In this document: in pieces, positions 1 through 7,721 of the stretch
How positions within the stretch are numbered: the stretch's first letter is position 1
Layout of the letters: every line of letters begins with the position of its first letter
The notes under the pieces: model-generated
Database searches by the model: none
What the model was told of the DNA's origin: nothing
What the model saw: only the letters and a program-made list of their open reading frames with translations
Virus record (IMG/VR): IMGVR_UViG_3300032677_000031
Span: 1-63,134 of that record
Length of the DNA: 63,134 bases
Strand: one strand, 5' to 3'
Source of the DNA: a virus
Taxonomy: Duplodnaviria > Caudoviricetes
Made by a program: the position numbers and the translations under genes

Positions 1-127
1 TAACTTCAGATAACATACAAAAGAAACAATGGGTTTAAGTCAATGTTTACAGAGTAAATAATCATTAACGCCATTATTGCACTGGTCATTGATCATTAAA
101 CCCTACGTTATCAGACGTTAAATCAGC
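1..127. repeat. 127-bp terminal direct repeat (copy 1), most likely assembler overlap indicating a circular or circularly permuted complete genome
   Basis: Identical to 63008-63134; 127 is a common maximum assembly k-mer. Confidence 0.95.
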
Positions 128-637
128 GTTTTGGTCATTTTCGACCACCTCGCCGATAGGCTCCGGTTGCGTAAGTTCTCCCGCGGTCAGCGCCTCTTGC
201 GATACAGTCACAACCTCGGCGTCGATCACGTCTCGATGCGGCACGTTGAACAGCAGCTTTAAGTCGCTGGCCGAGTTGATCTGCAGCTTCTCAGGCGCGA
301 ACTCGCCGGCGATCTTGGCGTCAGCGAGAAGTGCGGCCAGTGCGTCAAACGTCTCGCCGGTCTCCTTGTTGTAAACTTTCGTCGGGATCATGCCCTCTGC
401 CATCTGCCTTAACACCTCGCGCTTTCTCGACAGGTCCATGACGGCGCGGAGCGCCACCTCTTCTCTGAACTCCTCGATCCGTTCCTTCACGCCAGCCGTC
501 TTGTTCAGTAGGTTATAGCCAGACTGGTTGGGGGCAGAGTTGTTCGGGTACAGGATGCGATAGGCTTCTGTGTACGTTTTGCCGGCTGCGATCAGATGAC
601 AAAATTTTTCGTGACGAGCGTTGGAGAGAGCGGGCAT
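86..637 (-). CDS. terS: terminase small subunit
   Basis: N-terminus MPALSNARHEKFCHLIAAGKTYTEAY resembles HTH-type TerS; lies just upstream of terL across the circular junction. Confidence 0.8.
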   Translation of the reverse strand: MPALSNARHEKFCHLIAAGKTYTEAYRILYPNNSAPNQSGYNLLNKTAGVKERIEEFREEVALRAVMDLSRKREVLRQMAEGMIPTKVYNKETGETFDALAALLADAKIAGEFAPEKLQINSASDLKLLFNVPHRDVIDAEVVTVSQEALTAGELTQPEPIGEVVENDQNADLTSDNVGFNDQ

Positions 638-679
638 GAATGCGTGGTTGGTTTACAGAGTAGAGCCAGAGATGTGGGA

Positions 680-709
680 CAAATAGTCTCTACAGAGACA
701 CATTGTCAA
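680..709 (-). promoter_or_regulatory. sigma70-like promoter for the terS/terL operon
   Basis: Minus strand TTGACA-18 nt-TATTTG; spacer holds palindrome GTCTCT-GT-AGAGAC. Confidence 0.5.
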
Positions 710-722
710 CCACAAATCTGTT

Positions 723-745
723 TTATTTAGAATCATTCTAAATAA
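723..745. promoter_or_regulatory. perfect 11-1-11 palindrome, Fur/PerR-family box-like
   Basis: TTATTTAGAAT-C-ATTCTAAATAA, 14 bp upstream of the terS -35. Confidence 0.45.
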
Positions 746-859
746 GAACTTCCGCTGAGAATTTTCTTATGACACACGAACCCCTTGCCAACTCATCAGC
801 AATACTGAATAGTTCACCACGTCGCCCCTGTCTCCGCAGTGCTTGGCGGTGTTCTCTGC

Positions 860-1624
860 AAAGCCCTCGGCCAGCATCCTGATGCGCTGGTCGGGGGTTT
901 TGTGTTTCTGTCAGAAACTTTGTACGTTTTTTCTGACAAAAGTTACCATTCAAATGTGGTACAACGCATCTACCTCCCATAGGTGGTAATGATCACGATC
1001 GAGCACATCCAATAAAAGTTCACGAGCGGAAACAATAACTATACCCGCTCGGTAACAATCGCCACCGAAACGACTCAAAGGTACCCGATCGGGGTTACAA
1101 AACCTTGCCCTTTGTGCAAAGATGTGTAGGGTTTGTAACGCCTGACCAGTCTACGGCCAATGGACGTAGAAGCGAGGGCTTTGCAAAATCGGGGGAGGCA
1201 GTGAGGGGTCTTGCGTACGCGGGCAAACCACCGTTGTGTTAGGCAAATGCCGAAGAGATAGCGACCTGACCCTCCCCCGACCTTTGTAGTAGTTCACAGA
1301 CATATCTCCGTTCATGGTAGCGTGAACGCTACACTTATCATGAACGATACATTCAGCAAGTGTATCGTGCATTTTAAGCGTATAGCCTAATCAAGCTCAC
1401 GATTGTTTAGATTATAATAAAAAGATGAAGCGTGGCTTGATTAACTCGCGCAGAAATAATCACCCATGGGGGGAATTTTAGTACAAACTCTAATCTCGAC
1501 TCCCAACCCAAAACCCCTTACCTTCTCACCCGTAGGAACCGACCCACCGACAAGTTACCACAACCAAGTCGGCTTCCCTACCCCACAGCCCTCAGCGATC
1601 AACGCTGGGGGCTGTCTGTTTTTT
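860..1624 (+). ncRNA. candidate large structured non-coding RNA
   Basis: At least nine stems (860-900, 909-938, 1023-1051, 1094-1139, 1150-1170, 1182-1288, 1309-1346, 1345-1367, 1388-1443); several have G-U pairs only on the + strand; no credible ORF; terminator at the end. Confidence 0.45.
1585..1624 (+). terminator. rho-independent terminator
   Basis: ACAGCCCTCAGCG-ATCAA-CGCTGGGGGCTGT followed by CTGTTTTTT. Confidence 0.7.
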
Positions 1625-1647
1625 GGGCGATTTCAAGGCCTTTTGGT

Positions 1648-1920
1648 AAGCGCAAATAGAAACAGATTGAAAAGTACCCCCTATTTGTATTTCTCTAAAA
1701 GAGATATCTTTCAATTATCTGTCCAAGAATAGTAATAATAATAAAACCTAGAAATATGATAAAAAAGGCCTTTATGGGGTACTATGGTACCCCAATAGCG
1801 ATTTACTGGTTGGTTTGTCAGGATAATTCAAATTGGCATTCTTGGACAGCTAATTGATACTTTCCTCTTTTACCGATTGTGCAAATAGGGGCACTTTTCT
1901 ATGTGTTCTAATTCGCGCTT
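1648..1920. repeat. large imperfect inverted repeat (83-bp arms) centred on a GGGGTAC-TATG-GTACCCC palindrome; candidate replication origin or packaging site
   Basis: Arms 1648-1730 and 1838-1920 are approximate reverse complements (e.g. TCAATTATCTGTCCAAGAAT vs ATTCTTGGACAGCTAATTGA); central palindrome 1776-1793; AT-rich. Confidence 0.8.
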
Positions 1921-1947
1921 GACATAGTTCTTGGGCCGTGCAATCTT
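1919..1947 (+). promoter_or_regulatory. early promoter
   Basis: TTGACA-17 nt-AATCTT with upstream TG; CTTGGG half-site in spacer; ATG at 1957. Confidence 0.5.
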
Positions 1948-1956
1948 CCCCATCCT

Positions 1957-2985
1957 ATGAAAACAGCCTTCATCCGCCTACCGATCCCCCGACTACTCGC
2001 CTCCGCCATCGAGCGTTCTCACAAGGAAATCCCGCTGGCCGGCGTCCTCTACCAACCCGAGTCCGACGCGATTCTCCTATTCGCAAAGGACCCGGAGACC
2101 CAGATCGAAGACCTCGAAAACCTCACCTCCTACTGGCCTTGGTCTTTCCTGTGCGTTCAGGTACTCTCCCAAGTCGCCGTCCACAACCCCTCTTCCCAGC
2201 GCCTCGTGCTGATCGTGTGGCTGTCTGGCAAGATACCCGCAGCCGACGGCTTCACCCTAGCCTTCCGCTACTGCCCGCCGACGGGAATCTTCTTGCCTAC
2301 CTCTCGGCTCTCCAACCTCACTGTAAGGCCTGAGAAAAAAACCTTTGACTTGGCGCTCCCGGCGCACAAGGTATCCGAACCCCTACCTTCAAAAAACAAC
2401 AAGCCCAAGCTTGCGGCCCTACGCAGGAAACAAAACGTGGCCTTGAAGCTCGCTCTCTCCCTGCGGTTCCCAAACGTGGTGAGCGTTGTCCAAGACCCGC
2501 GCAACGGAGTCGGCACGCTTTCCATCACCAACACTAGCCTACGCACCCTGCTCATCCACAAGCAGTGGATACTTGACGCGGTCGCTGAAACTGGCATTGA
2601 CCTTGTGGCCAAGGAATGGGAGGTGAAAAAATATCGTTCCAAGGTCCGCGGCGTCCACTATATCGTCAAGTTCCCGATCGACGAGAGTGACGAAAAAAGC
2701 GTGACCTCGCGCTTCCTGCTTGAGCGCGAGAAGAAGATTCTCGCAAGAGACTTCTCGACCCTCGGCCAAGAGATCCGTTCGCTCACTGAGGACCCGGCAT
2801 TCTTGAAGCAGGTTCACATCAAGCGGTTCAAGAAACGCGCAGAGCACTTCAACGAGAAGACCTCGGGACGCCGCGGTCGCCCGCACAAACTTGCAGTGTA
2901 TGGCCCGGTCGCTGCCAAGCTGGAACGACAGGCGCGAGAAAAAGACTTGCCAAGTAACTACGCACCTGCTACATCTCAACCATGA
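1957..2985 (+). CDS. hypothetical protein (basic C-terminal half), first gene of the early arm
   Basis: 342-aa ORF directly after promoter; ATGA overlap with next gene. Confidence 0.7.
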   Translation: MKTAFIRLPIPRLLASAIERSHKEIPLAGVLYQPESDAILLFAKDPETQIEDLENLTSYWPWSFLCVQVLSQVAVHNPSSQRLVLIVWLSGKIPAADGFTLAFRYCPPTGIFLPTSRLSNLTVRPEKKTFDLALPAHKVSEPLPSKNNKPKLAALRRKQNVALKLALSLRFPNVVSVVQDPRNGVGTLSITNTSLRTLLIHKQWILDAVAETGIDLVAKEWEVKKYRSKVRGVHYIVKFPIDESDEKSVTSRFLLEREKKILARDFSTLGQEIRSLTEDPAFLKQVHIKRFKKRAEHFNEKTSGRRGRPHKLAVYGPVAAKLERQAREKDLPSNYAPATSQP

Positions 2986-3212
2986 ATAAATACAAACGCG
3001 GAGACCGGAGTCCTTGTGGGACAAAGAGGTTTCTCCAATACCAGACATACGTCAGCAAGAAGACCGGCCAGCGCTGCGAGCGGTGGGTACCCATCGACCA
3101 GTACGAGCGCACCATCAAAGACATCGACAGCAAGCGAGAACTCTACGCAGCCCGCAGAGAGTTCCACCTTGCCCAGAAAACCAAACCCAGCAAAACCCAT
3201 ACATCCAAATGA
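2982..3212 (+). CDS. small basic protein; stand-alone copy of the N-terminal module shared with this phage's endonucleases
   Basis: YKRGDRSPCGTKRFLQY...ERWV matches the G-x-x-[RN]-x-[DC]-G-x-x-F-x-x-Y...E-x-W pattern of the HNH ORFs. Confidence 0.65.
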   Translation: MNKYKRGDRSPCGTKRFLQYQTYVSKKTGQRCERWVPIDQYERTIKDIDSKRELYAARREFHLAQKTKPSKTHTSK

Positions 3213-3445
3213 ACCCCGACACCCCACGCCGACCACTACGGCCCGAAGAATTATTCGATGAAGCTTTGAAGCTCAAGGATCGTGCCGAGAAAGCCGAATC
3301 TGAAGTTAAGAGAATCAAAGAGCTGCTGGAAAAAGTCCTTTTTGAGCTAGAGAAAGTTCCATTCCAGAACCCAAAGCTGACCGCCTTCACAGCTCACAGA
3401 CTGGCCGATAGGTATCGCGAACAACTCAACCAACAAACCAAATGA
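3209..3445 (+). CDS. hypothetical coiled-coil protein
   Basis: Start moved to ATG 3209 (ATGA overlap); RAEKAESEVKRIKELLEK heptads. Confidence 0.7.
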   Translation: MNPDTPRRPLRPEELFDEALKLKDRAEKAESEVKRIKELLEKVLFELEKVPFQNPKLTAFTAHRLADRYREQLNQQTK

Positions 3446-4227
3446 ACCAACACACACCCGACAACGAGGTCGCAAGGCTCCGTGAGGCTCTTGAGCTTAT
3501 CGCTTCACCCATGCGGCCTGATGGAACATACAACAGAGACAGGAGAGCTTGCGAGCTACTTGCCAAGGAAGCACTCGCCACCGCGCCAGAGGAACCCAAA
3601 ACCTCTGCACATATTGATAAGTGCATAGGAAATGTAACGAAATTCACCCATGAGGGGAATCTCAATACAAAGTTCAAACAACTGCATGAGGTCGCTTCAA
3701 TCATAGTCGAATACATCGAAGATCCAGACCGCAGAAGTTACTACAGGTCGCAGATTCAGCAACTCACCCCAACGACAGAGGAAACTTCTGAAAAGGACAC
3801 ATCCACCGAAACCAGTCCTTCTCAAAAGGACACTGAATGGCGAGAGCTTGGCCCTGACGAGATGATCTGCGAGAACGACGAACTTTTTTACGAGCCTAAT
3901 GGAAGATCGTGGGAAAGGTGTGGAGAGACTTATTCGGGGCTGAAACCAAGAAAGTTAACGAACTACCGCTTCCGCACCCGCCGACCGTTGCCGAACACTT
4001 CGGAATCTCCGAAGAGTTCAAAGCAGGTGGAGATGCCGCTGGAAGATGAGCTAGACTACCTTACCCGCGAAGCATCAAGGGCATCCGACATTCACAACCA
4101 TGTTTTGATCGTGGACTGTCTCCGCTACCTCCGCGACGAGATCCAGAAGATCCACGAACGTCAGGAAGATTACCGCAAGGCACTCGACCTGTTCTGCAAG
4201 CAACTCGTAGACTTCAAAACCAAATGA
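3442..4227 (+). CDS. hypothetical protein
   Basis: 261-aa ORF with ATGA overlaps at both ends. Confidence 0.7.
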   Translation: MNQHTPDNEVARLREALELIASPMRPDGTYNRDRRACELLAKEALATAPEEPKTSAHIDKCIGNVTKFTHEGNLNTKFKQLHEVASIIVEYIEDPDRRSYYRSQIQQLTPTTEETSEKDTSTETSPSQKDTEWRELGPDEMICENDELFYEPNGRSWERCGETYSGLKPRKLTNYRFRTRRPLPNTSESPKSSKQVEMPLEDELDYLTREASRASDIHNHVLIVDCLRYLRDEIQKIHERQEDYRKALDLFCKQLVDFKTK

Positions 4228-4310
4228 CCTTCCTCGACTGGATAATTTTCGGCGCCGCAACCGGCTTCTGGATCAGCTTCATCACCGAGTTGTGGAGGAG
4301 CCGCAAATGA
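4224..4310 (+). CDS. 28-aa hydrophobic membrane peptide (not in ORF track)
   Basis: MTFLDWIIFGAATGFWISFITELWRSRK; ATGA-coupled to both neighbours. Confidence 0.55.
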   Translation: MTFLDWIIFGAATGFWISFITELWRSRK

Positions 4311-4597
4311 ACCCTCATTCCACCAACGAAGAAATAAAGCTCCTCGACCGAAACAAAAGGTTGTGTGAGTTCTGCGGATGGCATGGGAAAATAGCCCAAG
4401 TCCTTACTGCGCCAAACCCCTTTGACCCCGAATACATTATCTTCGGATGTCCGATATGCTTCGAGATCAATACTACCCAACAAGTTTGCGACGAACCCGA
4501 CTGCTGGGAGCTTCCTCATTGCGGAACGCCATCACCTGATAAAGACCCAACGAAGTATCGAATCACCTGCAGCAAACACGTGCCTAAATACAAATGA
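4307..4597 (+). CDS. Cys-rich (zinc-finger-like) protein
   Basis: CEFC, CPIC, CDEPDC, CSKH; ATGA overlaps. Confidence 0.65.
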   Translation: MNPHSTNEEIKLLDRNKRLCEFCGWHGKIAQVLTAPNPFDPEYIIFGCPICFEINTTQQVCDEPDCWELPHCGTPSPDKDPTKYRITCSKHVPKYK

Positions 4598-4836
4598 ACA
4601 TCTTTGACAAGCTCAAAGGCTTTGCTGAGTCCGCGCACACGTGGATCCTCGCCGGCATGCCTGTCGTGGACCAAGCAACCTACGACCGCAGGTTCTACAT
4701 CTGCCAAACGTGCCCCGACCTCATCGACGGCGCCTGCAGGCACTGCGGCTGCAACATGCGCGTCAAATGCTGGCTCGCCACCGAGGGCTGCGCCCGTCCA
4801 ACCAATCCCTACTGGGACGCGGAGGAAAAGGAATGA
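4594..4836 (+). CDS. Cys-rich protein, DUF6171-like
   Basis: RFYICQTC...CRHCGCNMRVKCWL...C...W. Confidence 0.6.
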   Translation: MNIFDKLKGFAESAHTWILAGMPVVDQATYDRRFYICQTCPDLIDGACRHCGCNMRVKCWLATEGCARPTNPYWDAEEKE

Positions 4837-5033
4837 TCGACAAATACGAATACGAGCTGCACCCGGCTGTGGCAAAGGCCGCGGGAGAATCACTACCGAG
4901 CCGGCGCTACACCTGCATTGCCTGCGGGCGCAAAGGCAGGCGCAATAACTCCCGAGAAGCCAGACTCATCGAGCCCATCTGTTCGGCGTGCCGGTACAAG
5001 AAACGCTGCCCCAACTGCGATTGCTACGTATGA
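4833..5033 (+). CDS. small Cys-rich protein
   Basis: Start MIDKYEY at ATGA overlap; CIAC, CSAC, CPNC. Confidence 0.6.
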   Translation: MIDKYEYELHPAVAKAAGESLPSRRYTCIACGRKGRRNNSREARLIEPICSACRYKKRCPNCDCYV

Positions 5034-5179
5034 ACCTAGTCTCCCAACTCCAGTGCAAGAAAGACTTTGCAGTATTCTGTAAAACGCACAGGATTCCTGT
5101 ACATGCGAGCCCAACCTACTGGGGTCGAGTGTACGCACATTTTGCCTCGTGCTGGGCCAGACGGCGCGGTCTGAAGTAA
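5030..5179 (+). CDS. hypothetical protein
   Basis: MNLVSQLQC..., ATGA overlap. Confidence 0.5.
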   Translation: MNLVSQLQCKKDFAVFCKTHRIPVHASPTYWGRVYAHFASCWARRRGLK

Positions 5180-5189
5180 TACAAATTGA

Positions 5190-5279
5190 CCGCGGAGCTA
5201 GTGTTTATGCGGCTAAAAAATAATTAAAAAAAGTTGTTGATCTCCCAAGCAACTTGGCATATTTTCGTTTCAGACAGTC
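5190..5279 (+). promoter_or_regulatory. early promoter cassette, copy A
   Basis: 23-bp upstream element 5190-5212, A-tract, TTGATC-17 nt-TATTTT, CCCAAG-CAA-CTTGGC in spacer, CAGACAGTC downstream; homologous to 14673-14765. Confidence 0.7.
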
Positions 5280-5313
5280 GAAACCACACCCACACATATA
5301 ACCCATAAATACA

Positions 5314-5598
5314 ATGAGCAAGAACATCATCAACGGCGCAAAAATCCTCAAGAAGGGCGTGCGCGACATCGCAACCGGAGCCTACACTCCTTGCTGGTAC
5401 AATTTCGGCAGCCGCATCCGCCCCGACGGCAGCACGTACGAAGCAGTCACCATCTACGCCCGTGACTACAAGCCCCTGCCCGCCGGCCTCCAACCCATCA
5501 ACGACAGCGACAGCCGCACCGATTACTTCGAGCAGGACCGCGCTGTGTTCCTCAAGGACACTCCCGAGTACAACATCATTCAATCAATCGCAGCCTAA
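5314..5598 (+). CDS. hypothetical early protein
   Basis: 94 aa; C-ending codon bias; A/C-rich leader. Confidence 0.75.
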   Translation: MSKNIINGAKILKKGVRDIATGAYTPCWYNFGSRIRPDGSTYEAVTIYARDYKPLPAGLQPINDSDSRTDYFEQDRAVFLKDTPEYNIIQSIAA

Positions 5599-5616
5599 CC
5601 CACAACCCATACATAC

Positions 5617-5865
5617 ATGAACACCAAAACCATCCAGAACCTGACCATCGCCGCAATCATCTTCAGCATCGGCGCCATCGACAGCATCGCAACCAGCCTC
5701 TACTGGCAGCACGTTGCAATCACCCACCACGCCGCTCACTTCGAGGTGAACAGCTGGGGCATCACCAGCTACCACTGGAACGACGAGTACGCACAGACCC
5801 CTCTGCAGCCGGTCGCTGACCCCGTCAAAGATTCACTCATCCCACCGCCAATCAAGACCAAGTAA
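5617..5865 (+). CDS. hypothetical membrane protein
   Basis: N-terminal hydrophobic segment. Confidence 0.7.
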   Translation: MNTKTIQNLTIAAIIFSIGAIDSIATSLYWQHVAITHHAAHFEVNSWGITSYHWNDEYAQTPLQPVADPVKDSLIPPPIKTK

Positions 5866-5866
5866 C

Positions 5867-6013
5867 ATGAAGGACACAAAATTTTTATTACTCTGCCTAG
5901 CAGGCATTGCATTCACTGCCACAACAGGCGTATTGCTTTACCGGCACGACTTAGGCCAGCTTGATATACACACCTGCCAATCAGCCATCAACCTATTCAG
6001 ACTATTCCTATGA
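5867..6013 (+). CDS. 48-aa membrane peptide (not in ORF track)
   Basis: MKDTKFLLLCLAGIAFTATTGVLLY...; fills the gap, ATGA overlap with next gene. Confidence 0.5.
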   Translation: MKDTKFLLLCLAGIAFTATTGVLLYRHDLGQLDIHTCQSAINLFRLFL

Positions 6014-6486
6014 GCCGCTCCGTATTAACACACCGTAACGCAATCGCAACCGTCTACCTGTACGCACCTGAGTACCTCGAAGATGAGTACGATTACTCGC
6101 TTGAGAAACAAATCTGGCTTGAGTTCATCGACGACATCCGCAACGTCTTGACAGGCATGTTCGGCGTTGACTCAAGGCTGCTCGTAAACGGCAAACCCTT
6201 CACCGGGTTCGACGGATACGAGTGGTCAGATGATCCTCGCCACAACGAGGTCACCGTGATTCTTCTTGGCGAGCTCACCGAGATCAGCATCAGCGAGTAC
6301 GCCGGCATCGCTGCCGTCTGCCTCGCGCCTATTGACCCGGAGGATCCAACCCATCGCCACGCATGCGAGCACGCAGCGCCATACTTCAATGAGCTCCTGC
6401 GTCAAGCATTTCCTGACTCGTTTCTTCGCAAGGTCGGAACCTTCAGCAACGGAGAGTCAGTATACGAACGCATACAAGCCGCTTGA
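6010..6486 (+). CDS. hypothetical acidic early protein
   Basis: 158 aa; C-terminal GTFSNGESVY. Confidence 0.7.
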   Translation: MSRSVLTHRNAIATVYLYAPEYLEDEYDYSLEKQIWLEFIDDIRNVLTGMFGVDSRLLVNGKPFTGFDGYEWSDDPRHNEVTVILLGELTEISISEYAGIAAVCLAPIDPEDPTHRHACEHAAPYFNELLRQAFPDSFLRKVGTFSNGESVYERIQAA

Positions 6487-6512
6487 CACATTCCCAAGTA
6501 CCTACGTAACCT
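6483..6512 (+). promoter_or_regulatory. early promoter
   Basis: TTGACA-18 nt-TAACCT with CCCAAG in spacer; ATG 6521 shortly downstream. Confidence 0.45.
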
Positions 6513-6520
6513 ACCAACCT

Positions 6521-6745
6521 ATGAATACATCAATCAAATCCATCCTATTCAATTCACTCGAGCCACTCCTCTATGTCTGCTTGAAGCAGGCTGACCGGCA
6601 CGGCCTCAGTGAGATCCGTATCAGCACAGCCCGCGTTCGCGAGATCCATCGTGAGATCGTGATCGCCCGCAAGTCACTGGAGAAGCCTACACCCAAGGTT
6701 CCTCCATTCCACAGCCGCCTAGACGCCATCCACAACATCCTATAA
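6521..6745 (+). CDS. hypothetical protein
   Basis: Start moved to MNTSIKS. Confidence 0.65.
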   Translation: MNTSIKSILFNSLEPLLYVCLKQADRHGLSEIRISTARVREIHREIVIARKSLEKPTPKVPPFHSRLDAIHNIL

Positions 6746-6747
6746 CA

Positions 6748-7134
6748 ATGAGCAACAATAAACACATCGGTATCCCATTCCACAACGTTCGCAGCTGGTA
6801 CTTCAAACGTACTTTCCACGGCCCAGACCACTGGGATGTCATCTGCGAGTGCATCCGGACACTCATCAATCGTGAGCTCGAATACTTTGAGCCCGCGGAC
6901 TACTGGTTTGAGATCAGTAACGATCAGGTGGCAAACGTAATCAGCGTCGTGCGTACCTCGAAGGTGCCCTCGCTTGAGCTCAGCCTCAACCGCAAAGACG
7001 ATCTGTTCTGCCTCAGCTTGAGCGTTGCAGACTTTTACAGCGCCGAGCAGCACGAGCTGGCAGACCACGCAGCCGATCACCTTGACCCCTACGTCCGCGA
7101 GATACTCGAGGATGTCTACAGCAATCCCTTTTAA
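6748..7134 (+). CDS. hypothetical protein
   Basis: 128-aa ORF in tight operon. Confidence 0.7.
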   Translation: MSNNKHIGIPFHNVRSWYFKRTFHGPDHWDVICECIRTLINRELEYFEPADYWFEISNDQVANVISVVRTSKVPSLELSLNRKDDLFCLSLSVADFYSAEQHELADHAADHLDPYVREILEDVYSNPF

Positions 7135-7145
7135 CCCCAACACAC

Positions 7146-7457
7146 ATGAAAAAGAAAACCACCGCCAAAACCAAAAAACCCACTGACCTCAAGCCGAAGC
7201 CACCGATCAAGAAACCGGTAAAGCAAAAGCTTAATCAGAAAGACCCAACAAGAAAAGAGCTTGCACTGAGCGCCATTGACGGCCTGCGTAAGGTTGCAAT
7301 CCCTACTCTGTCTGCCAAGTTGACAGCAAAGCTGCAGAACCTAGATGCCGTGATTCTTCCCATCGAGCTTGTTGACCACATCCTCGACATCCTCGGGGCT
7401 GCTGAGAACGACATCATCCGGAACTACGGCCTCGAAGAATACTTCAGCGAAGAATAA
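7146..7457 (+). CDS. hypothetical protein, Lys-rich N-terminus
   Basis: 103-aa ORF. Confidence 0.7.
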   Translation: MKKKTTAKTKKPTDLKPKPPIKKPVKQKLNQKDPTRKELALSAIDGLRKVAIPTLSAKLTAKLQNLDAVILPIELVDHILDILGAAENDIIRNYGLEEYFSEE

Positions 7458-7475
7458 CCTATAACGTTACGCGTT

Positions 7476-7715
7476 ATGACATATAAATACAGAATAGAAA
7501 CCAAACGCCTGTTCCGCGGGCATCCAGTATCGACCCACAAGCCAGTGGAGATCGAGATCGGTGAGCATACACACTTGCGTACGATCATCAGCAGCGCCAA
7601 AAAAGCGCTGGGATGGGACAACGTCAAGACGACTAGCAAAGATCTCGGAAACGTGATCCTGCTCAAACCACAAGGCAATCCCAACCTCCAGCTATCAATC
7701 ACCTTTTGTAACTAA
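7476..7715 (+). CDS. hypothetical protein
   Basis: 79-aa ORF. Confidence 0.65.
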   Translation: MTYKYRIETKRLFRGHPVSTHKPVEIEIGEHTHLRTIISSAKKALGWDNVKTTSKDLGNVILLKPQGNPNLQLSITFCN

Positions 7716-7721
7716 CCACTT

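Noticed and set aside
1-127. Biological terminal repeat
   Set aside because: Length equals a standard assembler k-mer and the junction cuts through ORFs; treated as circularisation overlap
1210-1390. Group I intron-like words (GCGGGCAAACC, GTTCACAGAC, AAGCGTATAGCC)
   Set aside because: The putative P7 strands (GACAUA and UAUAGCC) do not pair, no Q element is found and no gene is interrupted
738-1732. ORFs 738..980, 1151..1372 and 1466..1732
   Set aside because: No protein-like motifs; they run through dense hairpins, a terminator or the inverted repeat
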